Positions 18,912 to 29,367 of a stretch of DNA of 64,000 bases are shown in pieces. Under the pieces are notes generated by a model. That model was not told where the DNA came from, made no database searches, and saw nothing but the letters and a program-made list of their open reading frames with translations. The translations under genes and the position numbers were made by a program. The DNA comes from an uncultured delta proteobacterium. GTDB taxonomy: Bacteria > Desulfobacterota > Binatia > UBA9968. Each line of letters opens with the position of its first letter. The stretch's first letter is position 1. Location of the stretch: NCBI GenBank assembly GCA_963745835.1, contig CAVUZH010000003.1, positions 1,280,001 to 1,344,000 on the forward strand, in the 5' to 3' direction.

Positions 18912-20309
18912 TTATTGATAATCCCGCACGTCGACGACCTTACCGCTTAGCGCGGCAGCTGCGACCATGGCTGGGCTCATCAGTAGAGTTCTTCCCTGCG
19001 GGCTACCTTGACGGCCGATGAAATTACGATTCGATGAAGACGCCGAGACTTCTTTGCCATGGAGCTTATCGGGATTCATCGCCAAGCACATGGAACATCC
19101 AGCCTCGCGCCATTCAAACCCAGCTTCCGTAAATATCTCGTGCAGCCCCTCCTTCTCGGCGAGTTTCTTGACCTCGGCCGAACCGGGAACCACCAGCGCC
19201 CGGATTCCGGATCGAACCTTTCTTCCCTTGGCGATTTTAGCCGCTGCCCGCAGATCCGCGAGCCGGCCATTAGTGCACGAACCGATGAACGCCACGTCAA
19301 TCGGCGTGCCTAGAATCGGCGCGCCCGGTTGCCATCCCATATGCTCGTACGCTTTTGTCGCGCCAGCAGGATCGGAGTATTCATCGGGTTTCGGAAGCTT
19401 CTCGGTGATGCCGACCGCTTGTCCGGGATTGATTCCCCAAGTGACGGTCGGTTCGATATCTTTTCCCACAAAGTTGACGACATCGTCGTATTTGGCCTGT
19501 GCATCGGACGCGATCGACTTCCAATAGGCGACTGCGCGATCGAATGCAGCCCCAGCCGGCGCATACGGCCTGCCTTTGAGATACTCAAATGTGGTTGTGT
19601 CCGGGTTGACATAACCGACCAACGCGCCGCCTTCGATACTCATATTGCAGACGGTCATGCGCTCTTCCATGTTCATTGAGTCGATGACAGAACCGCCATA
19701 CTCGTAGGCGAAACCTTTACCGCCGGCGACGCCGAGCCGCCGGATGATATTTAGAATTACATCTTTGGCATAAACACCGGTACCGAGCGCGCCATCGATA
19801 TTAATGCGGCGCACCTTGAGCTTTTCCATCGCCAAGGTCTGTGTCGCCAAAACGTCGCGCACCTGGCTGGTGCCGATTCCAAAAGCCAGAGTGCCGAACG
19901 CTCCGTGGGTGCTGGTGTGGCTGTCGCCGCACGCCAAAGTCATTCCCGGTTGAGTCAAGCCGAGCTGCGGCCCGATGACATGGACAATTCCTTGACTGGC
20001 GCTATCTAATCCGAAGAATTCCACACCGAACTGCTTGACATTTTTTTCCAGGGCCTGTGTCAGTTCTTCAGCTTCACGATCAAGAAAAGGCCGGCTACGA
20101 ACATCGGTCGGAACAATATGATCCACCGTCGCGAAAGTTCGCTCCGGAAACGCCACATCCATGCCCTTTTCCCGCAACATATCAAACGCAGGTGCCGTGG
20201 TAATCTCGTGGATCAAATGAAGCCCAATGAAAAGCTGCGTCTGGCCCGTGGGAAGAACCCCAACGGAATGGGAATCCCATATCTTCTCGTACAGCGTTCT
20301 AGCGCTCAT
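18912..20309 (-). CDS. leuC: 3-isopropylmalate dehydratase large subunit
   Basis: [39 protein letters not shown]. Confidence 0.96.
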   Translation of the reverse strand: MSARTLYEKIWDSHSVGVLPTGQTQLFIGLHLIHEITTAPAFDMLREKGMDVAFPERTFATVDHIVPTDVRSRPFLDREAEELTQALEKNVKQFGVEFFGLDSASQGIVHVIGPQLGLTQPGMTLACGDSHTSTHGAFGTLAFGIGTSQVRDVLATQTLAMEKLKVRRINIDGALGTGVYAKDVILNIIRRLGVAGGKGFAYEYGGSVIDSMNMEERMTVCNMSIEGGALVGYVNPDTTTFEYLKGRPYAPAGAAFDRAVAYWKSIASDAQAKYDDVVNFVGKDIEPTVTWGINPGQAVGITEKLPKPDEYSDPAGATKAYEHMGWQPGAPILGTPIDVAFIGSCTNGRLADLRAAAKIAKGRKVRSGIRALVVPGSAEVKKLAEKEGLHEIFTEAGFEWREAGCSMCLAMNPDKLHGKEVSASSSNRNFIGRQGSPQGRTLLMSPAMVAAAALSGKVVDVRDYQ

Positions 20310-20455
20310 TCGCAAATCTCCTTCGCAGGATATTATCTGCCGATATCTGCGACTTCAAGAGGACTAATCCAGTGAAAAGATAAGCACTTCCTGGTCTTAC
20401 GAACTCAGCGATAATCGGGCGTTAAAGCGGATGCGGTCAAACCCGACAAGCGGAC

Positions 20456-21367
20456 CTAAAGGCAATTTTTCTTTACCCACTCGACGATTTCATTGCGTTT
20501 GGCGAACCAAACGTCGTCGTGGGACCTAGCGTATTGAATCGCCTCGTCGTAGACCTTGCCAGTCGCCGGAAATGCCATCTGACAATGCATCGCCAGGGTC
20601 AGCATCTTGGGATCACCGTCGGACTCTTCATAAAGGATGTCGAATTCATCCTTGAAAGAATTAAAGACATCACGGGCAGTGATGCCTCGCCGATACATGC
20701 CAGTATCGTTGAGTCCGCTAATCGCGTTCTTGTAGGGCACCACGATCAACGTTTTCCCGTTGATATCGACCGGATAAGGATTGTCGTCATTAACGGCATC
20801 CCCATGCCAAAGAAAACCTTCGTCGGCAAGGATGCCCAGGGTTCGCTCCGTATGGCGCATGCCGGAAGTCAGCCAACCAGTGGGTTTGTGGCCGACAAAG
20901 TCTTGAAACAACTTGGCGCAGGTCCGTATTTCCTCGCGCTCCTCTTCTTCTGTAAGATGGATCAATTGAACATCCTCGGCATACGAGTGACCAACAATCT
21001 CATGTCCTCGGGCGTGGACCGCCTTTACCGCCTCGGGATATCTGTAGATGCAGAGCGCATTTGTGTTGAAAGATGCTTTCACGCCGTGTTTATCCAAGAT
21101 GCGCAGGATGCGCCAGACTCCGGTCCGTCCGCCGTAATCGTTTTCACTGGCGGTACGACAATCATACTGTGACTTGACATCTTCTTCCTTGATCGGATTC
21201 GACCCGCCGACATGCCGCGTCCGTCGGTATTTCGCACTTGGCGTTTCAGTCCAGGCCTCTAAATTGCCGGCCAACGCAATCGCCATCCGCGCATTGTTTG
21301 GCCATTTAATTTTGATCTTCTTGGCCTTTGAGTAAACGTCATAGAAGTTGTCGTGTGCCGGCATCAT
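20456..21367 (-). CDS. Polysaccharide deacetylase family protein (PuuE/allantoinase-like)
   Basis: WPNNARMAIAL, DYGGRTGVWR, GHEIVGHSY, LAMH. Confidence 0.8.
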   Translation of the reverse strand: MMPAHDNFYDVYSKAKKIKIKWPNNARMAIALAGNLEAWTETPSAKYRRTRHVGGSNPIKEEDVKSQYDCRTASENDYGGRTGVWRILRILDKHGVKASFNTNALCIYRYPEAVKAVHARGHEIVGHSYAEDVQLIHLTEEEEREEIRTCAKLFQDFVGHKPTGWLTSGMRHTERTLGILADEGFLWHGDAVNDDNPYPVDINGKTLIVVPYKNAISGLNDTGMYRRGITARDVFNSFKDEFDILYEESDGDPKMLTLAMHCQMAFPATGKVYDEAIQYARSHDDVWFAKRNEIVEWVKKNCL

Positions 21368-21534
21368 GATTGTCACCCTCCCTCATCGTCGCAGGATTGC
21401 TCATCTCGGCTAACGTATATAGAAGTGAGCGACAGTGTCAACGAAAGCCGCGATCCGCAAATGCACTAAATCGCGGCGCGCAATGGCGTTGCACCTCCAT
21501 GGCGGCTCAAGAGCCAGCGGCTTCGGTGCTGCTT

Positions 21535-22267
21535 CTAGTATTTGACTTCCATCAGGAACAACCCCTGCGCCGGCGCCTTCATGCCGGCCTGAGTACGGTC
21601 GCGCGCATCAAGAAGTGCGGCAAAGGATTGGGCTGGACGTTGCTGTCGGCCGACTTCCACTAACGTGCCAACGATATTGCGCACCATGTGACGAAGAAAA
21701 GCTGTCGCCTCTATGGTAAAAACAATCAAGTCGCCGCTTCGGTTTATCGAACTTGCATAAATCGTCCTTACAGGATGGGCGGCATCGCAACCAGCGCCTC
21801 GGAAGGAAGAAAAATCGTGCTCGCCATTGAGACAAGTGATCGCCTGGCGCATTGCAGCTGTTTCGAGAGGCTCGTGTACATGCCAGGCATATCTCAGATG
21901 GAACGGTGAAGGGCTCGATCGATTCAATATCCGGTATTCATAGATACGACTGCGCCCCTGGCGACGGGCATCGAAGGAATCCGGCACGATTTCAACAGTC
22001 TTGATTGTGATATCTTCGGGCGTTAGCGCATTGAGAGCGCGTTGCACGCGGTAGGGTTGGAGTTCCTTATCGGATATGAAGTTGGCTACTTGTCCAAGGG
22101 CATGAACACCCGCGTCGGTTCGGCCCGAACCAATGATACGTGTCGGCCGTCCCACTAACGTGGAAACGGCCTTTTCCAACACGCGCTTGAACTGTTTTGC
22201 CAGTCGCCTGAATTTGCCAGCCGCAATAATCGGTGCCGTCGTACTCGACGGTAAGCTTGACGTTCAC
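21535..22267 (-). CDS. truA: tRNA pseudouridine(38-40) synthase (apparent frameshift near 22185)
   Basis: EYDGTDYCGWQ in one frame; SGRTDAGVHA and FLRHMVRNIVG in the next. Confidence 0.9.
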
Positions 22268-22311
22268 TGAGAGCACGAAGGAAACCGTGGCTAGCGGATC
22301 ATTCCCAATGG

Positions 22312-23334
22312 TCAGAGGTAGTCGCGAATCAGAATTTCGGCGATCTGAACCGCATTTAGTGCTGCGCCTTTGCGCAGGTTGTCGGCCACCACCCAAAGAT
22401 TGATGCCGTTTTGAATCGACTGATCTTCGCGTATGCGACCTACATAGGTAGCATCTTTGCCCGTGGCATCGAGTGCCATCGGATAGAGATTATTCTCCGG
22501 CGCATCAGCGACGATAATCCCGGGCGCTTGACGGAGCAGCGATTTCACTTCCGCAGCGGTGAGCTTTTTCTCGGTCTCCACGTTCACCGACTCCGAGTGG
22601 CTGAAAAAAACTGGGACGCGCACGGTAGTGGCCGTTACCGCCAGCGATGGCTCCCCCAGGATCTTCCGTGTCTCATGAATCATCTTCCATTCTTCTTTGG
22701 TGTATCCATCCTCCATGAAGACATCGATATGAGGTATGCAATTAAACGCAATCTGGTGCGGAAATTTTTTCTTCTCGACGTCCTTGCTGCTATACAGAGC
22801 CGCAACCTGCTCGCTTAATTCCTCCATCGCTTGCCTGCCTGCGCCCGACACCGATTGATAGGTGGAAACCACCACGCGCTTAATTCGCGCGGCATCGTGA
22901 ATCGGTTTAAGAGCAACCACCATCTGGATAGTGGAGCAGTTAGGATTAGCGATAATCCGGCGCTTCGTGTAATCACTGATAGCGCTCGCATTTACCTCCG
23001 GGACCACCAGTGGGATGTCCGGCGCCATGCGAAAGCAGGCGGTATTGTCAACCACGACAGCGCCGGCAGAAACCGCGAGAGGAGCGTATTTTGCGCTGAC
23101 GGTCCCCCCGGCAGAAAACAGCGCAATGTCGGTATTTTCAAATGAGTTCTCGTTCAACACACCGACCCGGTGCTGACGACCGTCAAACTCAAGGAACTGT
23201 CCGGCGGACCGTTCAGACGCGAGCAAGCGCATTTCGCCCACCGGAAATTTCCGTTCTTCCAACACCTCACGCATCTGTTCACCAACGGCTCCCGTGGCGC
23301 CAACGATTGCGACATTGTACCTTGGTTTTTTCAC
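22312..23334 (-). CDS. asd: Aspartate-semialdehyde dehydrogenase
   Basis: GATGAVG, ANPNCSTIQ, DNLRKGAALNA. Confidence 0.97.
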   Translation of the reverse strand: MKKPRYNVAIVGATGAVGEQMREVLEERKFPVGEMRLLASERSAGQFLEFDGRQHRVGVLNENSFENTDIALFSAGGTVSAKYAPLAVSAGAVVVDNTACFRMAPDIPLVVPEVNASAISDYTKRRIIANPNCSTIQMVVALKPIHDAARIKRVVVSTYQSVSGAGRQAMEELSEQVAALYSSKDVEKKKFPHQIAFNCIPHIDVFMEDGYTKEEWKMIHETRKILGEPSLAVTATTVRVPVFFSHSESVNVETEKKLTAAEVKSLLRQAPGIIVADAPENNLYPMALDATGKDATYVGRIREDQSIQNGINLWVVADNLRKGAALNAVQIAEILIRDYL

Positions 23335-23340
23335 CTTCGC

Positions 23341-24432
23341 TTAACCCTTCACCGCGCCGATCCTATCCCGAACCAGCTGGCCCATCTCTTTGCACCCGAC
23401 AAGCCGGCAGTCTTTCTGTTGAATATCCGCGGTTCGGTAGCCTCCATTCAAAACATCCTCCACGGCTTTTTCTACGCGATCCGCTGCCGCGCTCTGCTCA
23501 AGAGAATGACGCAGCATCATTGCCACACTGAGAATGGTTGCAAGAGGATTAGCCTTATCTTGGCCGGTAATATCGGGGGCGCTGCCATGAACCGGCTCGT
23601 ACATGCCGACTTTCCCGCCAACGCTGGCTGAAGGCAGCATGCCAATGGATCCTGTCAGCATGGCGGCTTCATCGCTCAATATGTCTCCGAACATGTTCGT
23701 AGTCACGACCACGTCAAATTGCCTGGGATTGCGGATCAGTTGCATGGCGCAGTTGTCGACCAGCATATGCTCCAATTGAATGGCCGCATAGCCCTCGTCC
23801 GCATGCACTCGGGTAACCACTTTGCGCCATAATTCGGTAGCCTCTAACACGTTGGCCTTGTCGACCGACGTAACTTTTTTACGTCGCTTCAAGGCGGCCT
23901 GAAACGCCACGTGAGCGATACGCTCGATTTCAGGAGTGGTGTAGATTTCGGTATTGACTCCACGCTCGGTTCCGTCGGGTAGTTTTGTCACACCTTTGGG
24001 GTGCCCGAAGTAAATTCCCCCGGTCAGTTCACGAACGACGAGCAGGTCAGTTCCTTCGACCACCTCTTGCTTCAACGTGGATGCCGCAGCCAGAGCAGAA
24101 AATAATTTCACCGGCCGAAGATTGGCAAACAATCCAAGTTCCTGCCGCAGCGCAAGTAGCGCGCGCTCCGGGCGAATCGAATAATCGAGTCCGTCCCATT
24201 GAGGTCCGCCCATGGCGCCGAGAAGCACGGCATTGCTTTGCTTGCATAAATTTAAGATACCATCGGTCAGGGGTCGGCCGTGAGCATCGATCGACGCGCC
24301 GCCGACAATCCCTTCCTGCAAATCGACGCCGAAACCATAAAGCTGCGCGACTTGTTGAAGCACATCGGTGCCCTGTTTCATCACCTCAGGTCCGATGCCA
24401 TCGCCCGGCAAAACTGTGATCTTGTAATTCAT
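23341..24432 (-). CDS. leuB: 3-isopropylmalate dehydrogenase
   Basis: GDGIGPEV, RELTGGIYFG, NMFGDILSDEA, EPVHGSAPDI. Confidence 0.97.
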   Translation of the reverse strand: MNYKITVLPGDGIGPEVMKQGTDVLQQVAQLYGFGVDLQEGIVGGASIDAHGRPLTDGILNLCKQSNAVLLGAMGGPQWDGLDYSIRPERALLALRQELGLFANLRPVKLFSALAAASTLKQEVVEGTDLLVVRELTGGIYFGHPKGVTKLPDGTERGVNTEIYTTPEIERIAHVAFQAALKRRKKVTSVDKANVLEATELWRKVVTRVHADEGYAAIQLEHMLVDNCAMQLIRNPRQFDVVVTTNMFGDILSDEAAMLTGSIGMLPSASVGGKVGMYEPVHGSAPDITGQDKANPLATILSVAMMLRHSLEQSAAADRVEKAVEDVLNGGYRTADIQQKDCRLVGCKEMGQLVRDRIGAVKG

Positions 24433-25994
24433 GGTCCCTCTCTCTCAACCAGTTGTCGATATTGTTTCCGTCCCTGTAGCTTGTTCAGCGCATTGATATA
24501 AGCCGCTGCGCTGGCCATGATGATGTCGGTATGGGAGCCCTGTCCCGATACTCGGATGCCGCCGTCTTGAATTTGACAGGAGACCTCGCCCTGAGCATCG
24601 GCTCCGCCGGTAATAGCGTTCACCGTATAGCGAACCAGTTGCGCCTCAGAGCCGGTTATCTTGGTGATGACTTTATAGCACGCATCGACGGCGCCGTCTC
24701 CGGAAGCGTGATCCATCCGCTCCTGGCCGTCGACCCGCATTTTCAGCGTGGCAGAGGGAATGCCGTCGGAACTGGAATTGACGCTCAGATACAACAGCTC
24801 ATAACAGTCCGGCTGTCCCGGAACCCTGAGAATCTCTTCGGCAACGATCGCCTCAATGTCTTCGTCATAGACGTTTTTTTTCTTGTCTGCCAGTTCTTTG
24901 AAACGGAGGAAGGCGCGGTTCATGTCTTCCTTGCTGAGATTGAAACCGAGATGCTTTAGCCGCTCATCGAAAGCGTGTCGGCCGGAATGTTTGCCCATGA
25001 CCAGGCGATTTCCGCTGATGCCTACGGATTCGGGGGTCATGATTTCGTAGGTTTGCTTGTGCTTGAGTACCCCATCCTGATGAATACCGGCCTCGTGCGC
25101 AAAAGCGTTTTCACCGACAATCGGTTTATTGATCGGAATCGGAATTCCGGTGACCTGTGATACCAGGCGTGATGTCGGATAAAGCTGCTCGGTGATTATA
25201 TTGGTATCGAGATCGAGATAGTTCTTTCTCGTGCGCAGCGCCATCACGACCTCTTCCAGCGAGGTATTGCCGGCCCGTTCGCCGATTCCGTTAATCGTGC
25301 ATTCGATCTGTCTGGCGCCATTGTGCACGGCCGCCAACGAGTTCGCCACGGCGAGTCCGAGGTCGTTATGACAGTGCGCGCTCCAAGTCACTCGGTCTGC
25401 GCCCGCGGTTCGTTCAATCAAATTGCTCATGAGAGCGCCAAATTCGGAAGGAATTGCGTATCCGGTGGTGTCCGGAACGTTGATGGTATTGGCTCCGGCG
25501 CGAATTACTTCTTTGAATACCTGGATCATGAACTCCACTGCGCTGCGCGACGCGTCTTCCGCCGAGAATTCTATGTAATCGATATGTTTCTTCGCATAGC
25601 TAACTGCTTTGACAGCGGCTTCCAAAACCTGCTCTCGCGACATCCGAAGCTTGTGCTCCAGATGAATGTCTGAAGTCGCAATAAATATATGAATGCCGGG
25701 ATTGGCCGCATCCTCGACGGCTTTGAGCGCGCGCTCGATATCTCCTTCTTGAGAACGCGCTAGGCTGAGCACCCGCGGCCGTTTCACCTCTTTACAGACC
25801 CGTCTTACGGATTCGAAATCGCCGTCTGATGAGGCGGCAAACCCCGCCTCGATTACATCAACGCCGAGCTTTTCCAACTGGCGCGCGATGACCACTTTCT
25901 GTTCAACGGTCATGCTGGCGCCGGGCGACTGCTCGCCGTCTCGCAATGTGGTGTCGAAAATTCTGACGTGACTACTATGCAGGCTGTCTGACAT
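24429..25994 (-). CDS. leuA: 2-isopropylmalate synthase
   Basis: FDTTLRDGEQSPG, HCHNDLG, GIGERAGN, GKHSGRH; AGGAGG RBS. Confidence 0.96.
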   Translation of the reverse strand: MSDSLHSSHVRIFDTTLRDGEQSPGASMTVEQKVVIARQLEKLGVDVIEAGFAASSDGDFESVRRVCKEVKRPRVLSLARSQEGDIERALKAVEDAANPGIHIFIATSDIHLEHKLRMSREQVLEAAVKAVSYAKKHIDYIEFSAEDASRSAVEFMIQVFKEVIRAGANTINVPDTTGYAIPSEFGALMSNLIERTAGADRVTWSAHCHNDLGLAVANSLAAVHNGARQIECTINGIGERAGNTSLEEVVMALRTRKNYLDLDTNIITEQLYPTSRLVSQVTGIPIPINKPIVGENAFAHEAGIHQDGVLKHKQTYEIMTPESVGISGNRLVMGKHSGRHAFDERLKHLGFNLSKEDMNRAFLRFKELADKKKNVYDEDIEAIVAEEILRVPGQPDCYELLYLSVNSSSDGIPSATLKMRVDGQERMDHASGDGAVDACYKVITKITGSEAQLVRYTVNAITGGADAQGEVSCQIQDGGIRVSGQGSHTDIIMASAAAYINALNKLQGRKQYRQLVEREGP

Positions 25995-26028
25995 GGCTCC
26001 TCCTGAGTTTGCGGCCAACACTGTCCAG

Positions 26029-26062
26029 AAACAAAAACTCCCGCGGCAATGCCAACGGGAGT
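26029..26062 (-). terminator. Intrinsic terminator-like hairpin between pssA and leuA (possible attenuator)
   Basis: Minus strand ACTCCCG-TT-GGC ATT GCC-G-CGGGAGT followed by TTTTGTTT, about 35 nt before the leuA ATG. Confidence 0.7.
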
Positions 26063-26090
26063 ATCCTTTGCGTGTCAGAAGAGAGGGTGG

Positions 26091-26945
26091 TTACGGTACT
26101 GCTTTCGCTCTCTCTCCTCTTTTCCCCCGTTGACGCCGTAACAGCGTCCAACACCATAAGAGTGGACCGGATAATGTGTACAACAGGAAACTCGTAAAAA
26201 ACATAACTTGCGGCGCCAGAACAGCGAGTTTAATCAAAATCAAACCAAGAACCAAGGCCGAGATCGGCAGACGCTTGCGCAAATCGGTGCTCTTCACACT
26301 GAAGTAATGAAAACCGCTAACCATCAAGAGAGCCAGACCATAAATAACCAAGAGAAGCGTCAGATGCTTGTTGGCCGCGCCTTCGCCTCCCATGTAGTAA
26401 TAAATGAGAACTGTCGCTGCGATCATTTCGGCGGCGGCTGGAATAGGTAACCCGACAAAATGTCCCTTGGCGGCGCTTTTAGCTTGCACGTTGTAACGCG
26501 CCAACCGCAATGCGCCGCAGACGACGTAGGTGCAAGCTGCCAACCATCCCCAGTTTCCCCAAGGAACAAGGGCCCAGAAATAAACCAGGATCGCTGGCGC
26601 TACGCCGAAGGAAACGACATCCGCGAGAGAATCGAGCTCTACGCCAAATTGACTGGTGGTATTGGTCAGGCGCGCCGCGTAGCCATCTACGCCGTCCAGT
26701 ACATTGGCCAGGATGATAAAGAACACCGCCTGAACGTATTCTCCATTGAACGTGGATACGATGGAAAAAAAGCCGCACATGATGTTGCCGGCGGTGAACA
26801 GGCTAGGGATTAAAAATACCCCTTTCTTAAGTTTTTCCGCAGGCATTCGCTGCCGCAGCGGAACACGCGGCCGTGTTTTTCGATGCAGCAGGCGCACCCT
26901 TGCCTGAGGATTCGGCTGCGGCTCTGGAGAATTAATTCCATTCAT
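26091..26945 (-). CDS. pssA: CDP-diacylglycerol--serine O-phosphatidyltransferase
   Basis: DGVDGYAARL..FGVELDSLADVVSFGVAP CDP-alcohol phosphotransferase motif; adjacent to psd. Confidence 0.93.
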   Translation of the reverse strand: MNGINSPEPQPNPQARVRLLHRKTRPRVPLRQRMPAEKLKKGVFLIPSLFTAGNIMCGFFSIVSTFNGEYVQAVFFIILANVLDGVDGYAARLTNTTSQFGVELDSLADVVSFGVAPAILVYFWALVPWGNWGWLAACTYVVCGALRLARYNVQAKSAAKGHFVGLPIPAAAEMIAATVLIYYYMGGEGAANKHLTLLLVIYGLALLMVSGFHYFSVKSTDLRKRLPISALVLGLILIKLAVLAPQVMFFTSFLLYTLSGPLLWCWTLLRRQRGKRGERAKAVP

Positions 26946-27571
26946 ACGAATCGTCCTACGATTGTTTCTCCGCCTTTCACCCTCTGCCCTTCCAAAACTT
27001 CAATGCGACTGCTGGCCGGTAAGTAAAGATCGGTTCGAGACCCGAACATAATCAGGCCGAATTTAGCGCCCCTGCTTAGGAGATCGCTTTTTCGCGCGCG
27101 GCAGATAATCCGCCGAGCCACAACCCCGGCAACCTGCACAACCTCGACTTCTCGACTTCGGTCATCGACTAGCCTTAAGCTATTCTGTTCATTTCTCTCT
27201 GAAGCATCGTCTTTATAAGCCGCGATAAACTTGCCGGGCGTATGCTTCACATCGTCAACTTTGCCGCCGATGGGCGAACGGTTGATATGGACATCCAAAG
27301 GCGACAAGAAAATACTAACACGCGCGTCGGCTTTTTTCATCAGCGGGCCCTGTGTAACTTTGGTGATGCTGACGACTTTACCATCTGCCGGTGCCACAAT
27401 CAGTCCCTCACCATCCGGGGGACGGCGTTCCGGATCCCGGAAAAAAGCCAGCACTCCTAGCGCGAGAATACCTAAAACACCCGCAAGCCCTGACCAGCCA
27501 ATCGCCCATGCCGCAGCGCTTAAAGACGCGGTGAACAGAATAATTGGATAACCTTCTTTGGCAACCCTCAT
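26942..27571 (-). CDS. psd: Phosphatidylserine decarboxylase proenzyme
   Basis: FFRDPER, APADGKV, DVHINRSP and FGS cleavage motif. Confidence 0.93.
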   Translation of the reverse strand: MRVAKEGYPIILFTASLSAAAWAIGWSGLAGVLGILALGVLAFFRDPERRPPDGEGLIVAPADGKVVSITKVTQGPLMKKADARVSIFLSPLDVHINRSPIGGKVDDVKHTPGKFIAAYKDDASERNEQNSLRLVDDRSREVEVVQVAGVVARRIICRARKSDLLSRGAKFGLIMFGSRTDLYLPASSRIEVLEGQRVKGGETIVGRFV

Positions 27572-27629
27572 GCAAAATGATTCAAAAATGACGCGGCCCA
27601 ACGGTGACTGAATGCGACAATAACAACGC

Positions 27630-28646
27630 TCAGTTCTTACTTTTATCGACCAATCGATTCTGCGCCAACCACGGCATCATAGATCTCAGGTTCGCGCCCA
27701 CTTTCTCGAGCGGATGATTTCCGGCTTCTTTGCGCAGCTCCGAAAAGTGCGGCATGCCACACTTGTACTCGTTGATCCATTCCTCGGCGAAGCTGCCTGA
27801 CTGAATGTCACCGAGAATTTTTTTCATAGCCTGCGCGACCTCGGGGCCGATCACTCGTTTTCCACGGGTCAGATCGCCATACTCAGCCGTATTGCTGATT
27901 GAATAGCGCATGTTGGTCATGCCCCCTTCATAAATCAAATCGACGATCAGCTTAACTTCGTGGACACACTCGAAATAAGCCATCTCCGGTGGATACCCGG
28001 CGTGCACAAGCGTCTCGTAGCCCGCTTGAATCAGCGCTGTCAATCCGCCGCAGAGGACCGCTTGCTCGCCAAAAAGATCCGTTTCTGTTTCATCTTTAAA
28101 TGTGGTCTGAATGACGGCTGCGCGGGCTCCGCCGAGGGCGCTAGCATAAGCGAGTCCCACTTGGGTGGTGTCGCCAGTCGGATCCTGATGAACCGCAAGC
28201 AAGCACGGCACCCCGCGTCCCTTCTCGAACTCGCTACGCACTAGATGACCGGGCCCTTTGGGCGCGACCATAAAAACATTACACCCTTCAGGTGGCACGA
28301 CGCGTTTAAAGTGGATATTGAAGCCGTGGCCAAAGGCGAGATAATTTCCGCTCTTTAGACCCGGCTTGATTTCTTTTTCGTAGGCATCCCCTTGCAGTTC
28401 GTCAGGGAGTAAGATCATGATGATGTCGCCGACTTTAGCCGCCTCTGCGGTTTCTAAGAGCGTCAGACCGGCCTTCTCGGCTTTCTCCCAGGAACTACTG
28501 TCGCGTCTCAAACCGACAACAACATCCACACCGGAATCGCGCAGATTGTTCGCATGAGCATGGCCTTGGCTGCCGTATCCCAAAACAGCTACCTTTTTTC
28601 CCGACAAGTGCTTCAGGTCGGCATCGCGATCATAATAGACTTGCAT
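27630..28646 (-). CDS. ilvC: Ketol-acid reductoisomerase
   Basis: [30 protein letters not shown]. Confidence 0.97.
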   Translation of the reverse strand: MQVYYDRDADLKHLSGKKVAVLGYGSQGHAHANNLRDSGVDVVVGLRRDSSSWEKAEKAGLTLLETAEAAKVGDIIMILLPDELQGDAYEKEIKPGLKSGNYLAFGHGFNIHFKRVVPPEGCNVFMVAPKGPGHLVRSEFEKGRGVPCLLAVHQDPTGDTTQVGLAYASALGGARAAVIQTTFKDETETDLFGEQAVLCGGLTALIQAGYETLVHAGYPPEMAYFECVHEVKLIVDLIYEGGMTNMRYSISNTAEYGDLTRGKRVIGPEVAQAMKKILGDIQSGSFAEEWINEYKCGMPHFSELRKEAGNHPLEKVGANLRSMMPWLAQNRLVDKSKN

Positions 28647-28834
28647 TAAGTTCCCCTTCTAGAGCGAAGTTCCAATATGGCGAGAACAGACGAGCATGTC
28701 AAATTGGAGCTGACGTAACTACCAGATGTATGTCGCCACCGAAAACGGATGACGAAAAGGGTGATCTGATCTCGCGAGGTTTCTAGCCGGCGCCCACTAA
28801 GGGCTTTTTAGGAAACACAGAACCCGACCGCACG

Positions 28835-29356
28835 TCAAGATTTGAGCAAAGCCGGCTCGCGACGAGGTGACGCGGTTCGTGTGGTCTCTCGTGCAATGCC
28901 GATCCTCCCCGTGCGAATAAGCTCTTTGATTCCTAAGGGTTTAAGCATATTGATCAGAGCTTCAACCTTGTCGACATCACCGGTGATTTCTATTGTGTAA
29001 GTGGTTAGTGACGAATCGACAATTTTGGCCCGGAAGATGTCTGCGATCCGTATGGCTTCTTCTCGGTGTTCGGGTTTTGTGTGAACTTTGATAAGGGCCG
29101 TCTCCCGATCAAGAAAATCAGTTTCGGTGAGATCCACCACTTCCAGGACTTCCACTACCTTGTTTAACTGTTTCATGATCTGCTCGATGATCCGATCGTC
29201 ACCGATAGTAACGATGGTTATACGAGAGGTGGTCGGGTCCAAAGTGGCAGCGACCGATAGGCTTTCGATATTATATCCGCGCGCGCTGAACAATCCTGCT
29301 ACTCTTGCTAAAACGCCAAATTTGTTTTCGACGAGAACCGATATGATATGTTCCAT
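28835..29356 (-). CDS. ilvN: Acetolactate synthase small (regulatory) subunit
   Basis: ENKFGVLARVAGLFSARGYNIESL ACT domain. Confidence 0.95.
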   Translation of the reverse strand: MEHIISVLVENKFGVLARVAGLFSARGYNIESLSVAATLDPTTSRITIVTIGDDRIIEQIMKQLNKVVEVLEVVDLTETDFLDRETALIKVHTKPEHREEAIRIADIFRAKIVDSSLTTYTIEITGDVDKVEALINMLKPLGIKELIRTGRIGIARETTRTASPRREPALLKS

Positions 29357-29367
29357 TCGCTGAAAAA

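Noticed and set aside
26091-27571. psd-pssA inside a branched-chain amino acid operon as a novelty
   Set aside because: The ilvC-psd-pssA-leuA order is familiar from Deltaproteobacteria; only the attenuator hypothesis is retained.
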